From positions 23,114 through 55,113 of the forward strand of contig CAZPUN010000018.1 in assembly GCA_964589775.1 (NCBI GenBank): a stretch of 32,000 bases of DNA, in the 5' to 3' direction. Below, piece after piece: positions 26,528 to 32,000 of the stretch. The notes below the pieces were generated by a model. That model saw only the letters and a list, made by a program, of their open reading frames with translations, made no database searches and was not told the DNA's origin. The stretch's first letter is position 1; each line of letters opens with the position of its first letter. Made by a program: the position numbers and the translations under genes. Origin of the DNA: an uncultured archaeon (lineage in GTDB: Archaea > Asgardarchaeota > Thorarchaeia > Thorarchaeales > CAZPUN01).

Positions 26528-28261
26528 TTACAGATCCTCCTTGGGTACCATTTTTTCGAATATATTACAAAATTCACTTACTTGAGTTATATGCGGTGGA
26601 AAATTAAATTTACCAAGTCGTAATGCAAGTCGTGTTACTGGTGGAGGTGCAATTCCAAATTTAGACAATAGCTTTTCATGAACAAAAACATCGCTAGGAG
26701 AACCGTCCAGCATAATTTTCCCTTGATTCATAACAATTACACGCTTCGCATATTCGCCAACTAGTTCCATATCATGAGAAATTAATATAACAGTCCTTCC
26801 AGACTCATTTAACTTCTTAATTATATTAATGATCTCACGACGCCCACGGTAATCCTGACCTGCTATCGGCTCATCCAAAATAATTATTTCAGGGTCCATA
26901 ACCAAAATAGATGCAACTGCAACACGATGCCTTTGCCCGGTGCTTAATGCCATTGGATGTCGTTCAGCAAGATCATAAATACCCAAATCTTTCAATATTC
27001 TATCAACACGCTGTCGAATTAAATCATCATCTAGACCTAAATTTTTTAATCCAAATTCGATTTCTTTCCTAACGGTGCTCTCAAAAATCTGATTATCCGG
27101 ATTTTGAAAAATAAATCCAACTTCTTTTGCTATCTCATGCAAAGGCATATCAGATATATTTCGTCCCTTTATGAACACTACGCCACTTGAGGGTCTAAGA
27201 AGACCGTTAAGATGTTTTGCAAGAGTTGTTTTACCCGATCCATTCTTACCAATAATTGCAAGGAACTCGCCGGGATAAATATCTAAATCTACATTGTTTA
27301 ATGCAATAATATCATTATTGAATATGTGAGATAATTTACGCACTTTAATAATAGGCTGCAAATCATTATAAGATTCATTATATATCTTTGCATAATTAGC
27401 AGGGCGTAATGATTTCCCAGAGAGATACTTCCTTAATATTGCCAGAGCTTCTTTAAACTTAGTTGGACATTTTGAAAAACTATAACCACGTCTTTTTAAT
27501 TCATGAAAAATCTGGCAGATTTGAGGCGGATTAATAAATTGCTCGGGGTCGTCAAATTCTTTTTGAATAATATCAACAGGCTTGCCGTCAAACGTGAGAT
27601 GCCCATCTTTAATAACAATGATTCTATCTGCGAACTCAGCTAAGAAACCTAATCTATGAGATATCATAATTATTGTACTCTTTCGTTTTTTCAAAGCACG
27701 TACAATACGGAATATCTTAAAACTTCCAATCGGGTCGAGGTTGCTCGTCGGCTCATCAAGAACTAAAACCTTAGGAGACATACTGAGAACAGACGCTATA
27801 GCTACACGCTGTTTCTCACCGGCACTTAATTCGCCCGGAAATCGAGACATCAAACCAGAGATCCCAACAACTTTTGCAGATTCTTCAATCCTATGTTTTA
27901 TCTCATCACGACTTAACCCAAGATTCTCAGGTCCAAATGCAAGTTCGCTTTCAACATCTATGCAAAATAATTGATAATTAGGATCTTGAAATACCATGCC
28001 GAGAAAACTCGATATTTCTTTAATGCTATGTTTATGTATATTAAATCCATTAATGAATACAGTACCTTTCAAAATTCCCTTAATTATACGAGGAATACTA
28101 CCATTAAAAGTTAAACATAAAGTTGTTTTACCTCCGCCCGTAGGACCTACAACACCTACAAATTCACCTTCATGAATCTCTAAATTAATACCCTTCAAAA
28201 TCTTTGGTTGATCAATACGATATCTAAATTCAAGGTCCTTTACGCGAAGGATAGATTCCAC
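26528..28261 (-). CDS. ECF transporter ATPase with two fused ABC domains (EcfA-A')
   Basis: Two Walker A motifs (GPTGGGKTT, GKNGSGKTT), FQDP/FQNP Q-loops, LSAGEKQR/LSTGQRHR signatures and two LDEP motifs. GTG 28261 follows GGTGGTGA. Confidence 0.93.
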   Translation of the reverse strand: MESILRVKDLEFRYRIDQPKILKGINLEIHEGEFVGVVGPTGGGKTTLCLTFNGSIPRIIKGILKGTVFINGFNIHKHSIKEISSFLGMVFQDPNYQLFCIDVESELAFGPENLGLSRDEIKHRIEESAKVVGISGLMSRFPGELSAGEKQRVAIASVLSMSPKVLVLDEPTSNLDPIGSFKIFRIVRALKKRKSTIIMISHRLGFLAEFADRIIVIKDGHLTFDGKPVDIIQKEFDDPEQFINPPQICQIFHELKRRGYSFSKCPTKFKEALAILRKYLSGKSLRPANYAKIYNESYNDLQPIIKVRKLSHIFNNDIIALNNVDLDIYPGEFLAIIGKNGSGKTTLAKHLNGLLRPSSGVVFIKGRNISDMPLHEIAKEVGFIFQNPDNQIFESTVRKEIEFGLKNLGLDDDLIRQRVDRILKDLGIYDLAERHPMALSTGQRHRVAVASILVMDPEIIILDEPIAGQDYRGRREIINIIKKLNESGRTVILISHDMELVGEYAKRVIVMNQGKIMLDGSPSDVFVHEKLLSKFGIAPPPVTRLALRLGKFNFPPHITQVSEFCNIFEKMVPKEDL

Positions 28262-28272
28262 ACAAATCACCA

Positions 28273-28290
28273 CCAAAAAAGAAAAAAAAT
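28273..28290 (-). terminator. Oligo-T tract between the S component and ATPase genes (possible partial terminator)
   Basis: The minus strand reads TTTTTTTTCTTTTTT just after the stop at 28298. Confidence 0.4.
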
Positions 28291-28297
28291 AATGAGC

Positions 28298-29113
28298 TTA
28301 CGAACCCAGAACATTTGGTTCTTCCTGTTCAGACCTATTAGAAATTACTTCTTCATAAGTATCAGCGAAAATTCTAATGTTTGCATTCTTAAGAGCTATT
28401 AGAATCGGAGCACCTACAAGAGCTCCCACAGTATAGCTTGCAATGTCCATTATTGCATAGTATAATGTAAGAGGAACCCAATATACAGGATTCGTAAAGT
28501 CTAAGAGATAAAATGCAAGAACATTTCCAGTTAGATTATTACCAACACTCATGAATTCTAAGAGCCATAATGCAATAATCAACTTTACAAAATTGTCTCG
28601 CTTTGCAACTTCATTCTGAACAAAATTACGTGTCCAAGGCAAGACTAAGAGGATAAGTGCAGCCCAGTGTCGCCATGTTACAATAGGCATTCCATTTACA
28701 AGACCTGCGTTTCCCTTATAGAAATACCATGCCAGAATCATCAAAACATAAAATACGGCAACAGCAATCCAACCCTTTTTCTTCGGATATAAGATCAATC
28801 CAACCGTAGTTGCACCTGCCAAATTTGTTAGAAATGTTAAGGGCCCGAAGAATGCAGTATATGCAAAGAGATACTGGTTAATTACACCATAAACAAGCCC
28901 ATAAAGAAATCCACCAAAGGGACCTAAAAGTGGTGCATTAAGAGCGCCAACAAATGCAGCTGCAGACATATCGCCCGGAAGACCGGGTACTGGAAACGTA
29001 GGAATAGCTGAAAGTGCCAACTTAATAGCAATCCAAGAGATAATAATAGCAATAGATACGCCGCCTATCGTAAGGCTTTCATTATCCCATAGGGGTATTT
29101 TACTGTCAGACGT
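28298..29113 (-). CDS. ECF transporter substrate-specific S component
   Basis: Multi-TM protein upstream of ecfA and ecfT, with IPTFPVPG...APLLGPFGG motif. The frame extends past TTG 29020 through a hydrophobic first helix (IGGVSIAIIISWIAIKL) to ACG 29113, 7 nt after GGAGGTTG. Confidence 0.8.
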   Translation of the reverse strand, partial: TSDSKIPLWDNESLTIGGVSIAIIISWIAIKLALSAIPTFPVPGLPGDMSAAAFVGALNAPLLGPFGGFLYGLVYGVINQYLFAYTAFFGPLTFLTNLAGATTVGLILYPKKKGWIAVAVFYVLMILAWYFYKGNAGLVNGMPIVTWRHWAALILLVLPWTRNFVQNEVAKRDNFVKLIIALWLLEFMSVGNNLTGNVLAFYLLDFTNPVYWVPLTLYYAIMDIASYTVGALVGAPILIALKNANIRIFADTYEEVISNRSEQEEPNVLGS

Positions 29114-29137
29114 AATATATCAACCTCCATGCATATA

Positions 29138-29175
29138 TAAAGTGATATTGCACAAAATAACATATAAACGTTTAG
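29138..29175 (-). promoter_or_regulatory. ECF operon promoter: TATA followed by palindrome TTTTGTG-CAATAT-CACTTTA
   Basis: The minus strand reads TTTATATG-TTA-TTTTGTGCAATATCACTTTA, the same spacing as the ftr promoter. Confidence 0.55.
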
Positions 29176-29392
29176 GGTTATTGAAAAATTAATTTAAATT
29201 ATCTAAAATCGATTTTTGTAAAGCTAATAAATAATTTAAATATATTTAAATAATAAACAACTACATATGTTAGAACACTCATAAACATTACAAGTGCTAA
29301 CAAAGTGAATAAGTTCTACATATAATATAGTAATGATAAAAAGCAATAGATTCTTGACAATTTTAATAGAATCAACAAAAAGTGATAGTAAA

Positions 29393-30238
29393 ATGAGAAT
29401 TGGATTTACAACAGGCTATTTATATGAATATACAATCGATCAAATTTTAGACATCGCCGATGAGGTAGGAGCACAGGCAATTGAGTTCCAGCCCGAATTA
29501 TATCATGTGAATTTTAATTTGATAGATTTAAAAGAAATGAAAGAAAAATTAATCGAATTTAAAAGAAATACGGGAATTGAAGTTACAATTCATTTGCCAT
29601 TCTTAGACGTGAATTTATTAGCATATTTTAAAGAAATTCGTGATGCATCTAAAAAAATAATTCTGAAATGGTTAGATTTTGCACGCGAAGTAAAAATCAC
29701 ACGAGCTACCATGCATATTGGGCATAGTGCATTTGGGATAGCACCGGATAAAGAGAACTATCTTTGGATAAATATGTATAAAAATATGATACCATATGTT
29801 TCAGAGATATTGAAGCAGTCTAACAAATATAATATAAAAATTGGTATTGAGAATTTACCCAACAAGCCCGGCAGATTTCCAGTAAAGAAAGAACATTTTG
29901 ATTTATTAGATGAATCAATAGAATTTTACATAACATTTGACATTGCACATGCAAAGTTTATGGAAGAAAATGAGATTAATGAATTCTTTAGTAAATATGG
30001 CGATAGAATAATTAATGTTCATATTAGTAATTCTGTGGGTAATGTAGATCATTATGGCATAGATTCGGGAGACATAAACTTTGAAAAATTTTTGACGCCA
30101 ATAAAACAGGTTGCAGATGACTTAACGATTATTCTTGAGATTGATGCATATAAAGTGCCGGGAGCACTTTTCAATAAAGAAATTAGATTACGAGAACTCA
30201 GAAAGAATATCAAATTATTGAGAGAAATGTTAGATTAA
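29393..30238 (+). CDS. Sugar phosphate isomerase/epimerase (xylose isomerase-like/AP endonuclease 2 TIM barrel)
   Basis: AIEF, TIHLPF.DVNL, MHIG, IGIENLP, TFDIAHA, NVHISN, DHYGIDSGDINF, IILE metal ligands. Alternative start at 29333. Confidence 0.88.
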   Translation: MRIGFTTGYLYEYTIDQILDIADEVGAQAIEFQPELYHVNFNLIDLKEMKEKLIEFKRNTGIEVTIHLPFLDVNLLAYFKEIRDASKKIILKWLDFAREVKITRATMHIGHSAFGIAPDKENYLWINMYKNMIPYVSEILKQSNKYNIKIGIENLPNKPGRFPVKKEHFDLLDESIEFYITFDIAHAKFMEENEINEFFSKYGDRIINVHISNSVGNVDHYGIDSGDINFEKFLTPIKQVADDLTIILEIDAYKVPGALFNKEIRLRELRKNIKLLREMLD

Positions 30239-31087
30239 TTACACTTTTTTATACGGATGCACAATTACAATAGGATAATGCGGAACGCTCATTAGCATAC
30301 TGAGTGTCACCCCATCTATTGCAGTTTGAAATCGATTGACCATATCCCAAACTGTAAGCCCGGCACCATAACCACGAATTTTATGGGCTCGTCTTGAAAT
30401 CTTTAATAATAAAGGAAGGGGTAATTTCTTACCACATACTGCGATAGGAGTATTACTACGCTTCCCATTAAACATGCGACCAATTAGAAATGCTAGAAAT
30501 CCACCGAAATGAAATAAGCCCTTGACATAAACTTTACGCGGAGCAAGATGAAAGTTCCCCCATGAATAAGTTGTATCACCATCAACAATTATTACGGTAA
30601 CATTAATTCCAAGCTTATTTTTAATAGCATTACGAATCTTTATTGCAATATTATTCGCATCCTTTAAGGGTAGTGCTACATAGGCATAAGGTAGATTACT
30701 ACCATCTATCCCACCTTCAGAATAATGTCGCAATGCCTGCAGAAAACCGACCCGCCACAGTGCCAATTGCTTGTGCTTGGAACCATATTCGATAGGATAT
30801 TGTCGCAATCGATTTATTGTTTTGGGTATCAACTTTGCTAATTTTGCCAGAAAATAGGGCCAAATTATTCGCATCCAAAATAATACGATTAATTTTGCAA
30901 ACAGTCCTGCCTTTATCTTTGATTCATCTGCAATATATCCTAATGCAGTAGATAAGGCCTTCTCAGAAAGAACCAAAATATCATTATTCTGGATTTTACC
31001 TTTTATTGCATCAACTATAATTTGTTCATATGGATCTCCAGGAACAAAATATTTTGTTTGTATTTTTATATATTTGAACCGATACAT
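30239..31087 (-). CDS. CofE/DUF129-family (F420-0:gamma-glutamyl ligase-like) protein
   Basis: DILVLSEKALSTALG, EGGIDGSNLP, LP.KDA...A.KIR, VIIVDGD, TPIAV, PIVIV. Confidence 0.8.
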   Translation of the reverse strand: MYRFKYIKIQTKYFVPGDPYEQIIVDAIKGKIQNNDILVLSEKALSTALGYIADESKIKAGLFAKLIVLFWMRIIWPYFLAKLAKLIPKTINRLRQYPIEYGSKHKQLALWRVGFLQALRHYSEGGIDGSNLPYAYVALPLKDANNIAIKIRNAIKNKLGINVTVIIVDGDTTYSWGNFHLAPRKVYVKGLFHFGGFLAFLIGRMFNGKRSNTPIAVCGKKLPLPLLLKISRRAHKIRGYGAGLTVWDMVNRFQTAIDGVTLSMLMSVPHYPIVIVHPYKKV

Positions 31088-31196
31088 ATGAATGCCATCT
31101 AATTATTTTAGAGAATATGGTCAAATATAAATATGTCAAATATATATGAATTGTCATTACTTTAAAAAATATAGTTTAGGCAAGAGGTGTATTCCA

Positions 31197-32000
31197 ATAC
31201 AGAACAAGACGGATTGGCATGATTTATTTATATCATCGTTTAATAAACAAAAATGGAAAATAAATCGTGAATATCACTTGCACACAACACGCATAGATAT
31301 TGTTATTGAAAAAATAAGATCTGATGAAAAAAACAATAATGCGGATATATTTGATGATTATTTTTCAAAGACGAATATTATTGAATATAAATCATCTTGG
31401 GAAAGTCTAACAATTAAAGAAGTGTACAAAACAATTGGAAAATATATGCTATTTTTATCTGAAACACAAAATGATATTAAAAATACGGGATTATTTTTTA
31501 TTATTACACATTATCCAAATAAGCTGCTAAATACAGATTTCTTTAAATCAATAAAAATTATTCAAACAGAACCAGGAGTGCTTTTACTTAAACATATAAT
31601 GGGAAATGCATCCGTATATATTATTGTCATAAATCGTTTAAAATTTGAAAGTAGAACCGCTAATCTTCTAAAATTTTCCAGTGGTAATACCAAACAAAGA
31701 TTTATTAAATTTTTATTAGATAATATAAATGATGAAAAATATGCGGAATTTTTGGTTGAATGCTATATCTTAGATCCGCAGGAGATAATAAAAGTGAGTG
31801 ATGGTAAAGTTCTACAACTTGTATCTGTAAATGATAATATAAGATATGCAATTGAAACAATAGGAATCAAGAAAGTAATTGATGCTGTAGGACTCGAAAA
31901 AGTAATTGATGCTGTAGGACTTGAAAAAGTAATTGATGCCGTAGGACTTGAAAAAGTAATTGATGCTGTAGGACTTGAAAAAGTAATTGATGCCGTAGGA
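31197..32000 (+). CDS. PD-(D/E)XK nuclease-fold protein with C-terminal 9-aa repeats; 3' end runs off the window
   Basis: Absent from the ORF track; my translation gives QNKTDWHDLF...REYHL...RIDIVIEK...NIIEYKS...(GLEKVIDAV)n. Start is ATA 31197 (after GAGGTG) or in-frame ATG 31146. Confidence 0.78.
   Translation, partial: MQNKTDWHDLFISSFNKQKWKINREYHLHTTRIDIVIEKIRSDEKNNNADIFDDYFSKTNIIEYKSSWESLTIKEVYKTIGKYMLFLSETQNDIKNTGLFFIITHYPNKLLNTDFFKSIKIIQTEPGVLLLKHIMGNASVYIIVINRLKFESRTANLLKFSSGNTKQRFIKFLLDNINDEKYAEFLVECYILDPQEIIKVSDGKVLQLVSVNDNIRYAIETIGIKKVIDAVGLEKVIDAVGLEKVIDAVGLEKVIDAVGLEKVIDAVG
31863..32000 (+). repeat. Intragenic 27-bp tandem repeat, at least 5 copies (GGACTTGAAAAAGTAATTGATGCYGTA)
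   Basis: Units start at 31863 (degenerate), 31890, 31917, 31944 and 31971. The array continues to the window edge and encodes GLEKVIDAV. Confidence 0.97.

Noticed and set aside
553-28402. Numerous short 60-145 aa ORFs in the track (e.g. 553-759, 1239-1670, 11368-11802, 21131-21550, 22113-22520)
   Set aside because: They are antisense or alternate-frame shadows of well-supported genes, with no motifs or RBS.
31863-32000. 27-bp repeats as a CRISPR array
   Set aside because: The units are contiguous with no spacers, the length is a multiple of 3, variation is synonymous within an ORF, and there are no cas genes.

Overview
AT-rich archaeal chromosomal window. The gene content suggests an Asgard- or Bathyarchaeia-like anaerobe (inference). 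From left to right: (1) type II IPP isomerase fni, cut by the window edge; (2) a three-gene minus-strand operon encoding a ~900-aa helical-repeat/coiled-coil protein, a divergent tubulin/FtsZ-superfamily GTPase whose C-terminus resembles eukaryotic tubulin helices H11-H12, and a two-domain protein with a Pro-rich linker; (3) three adjacent COG1665-type nucleotidyltransferase paralogs, larB, a ~600-aa uncharacterised protein and a stand-alone LarC C-terminal domain; (4) an H4MPT/methanofuran C1 cluster with NAD(P)-type mtd, fwdDBAC, mch, a RimK-family ligase, a CitG-like gene, an ECF S component, a B12-binding radical SAM enzyme, a fourth COG1665 paralog and ftr; (5) an ECF transporter operon, a TIM-barrel protein, a CofE-like ligase and a PD-(D/E)XK protein ending in a 27-bp tandem repeat at the right edge. 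The best candidate for a novel system is the tubulin-like cytoskeletal operon. Secondary signals are a shared GTG-N6-CAC palindrome next to several promoters and several probable non-canonical start codons (ACG twice, ATA, possibly ATT). All calls come from motif reading by eye; no searches were run.
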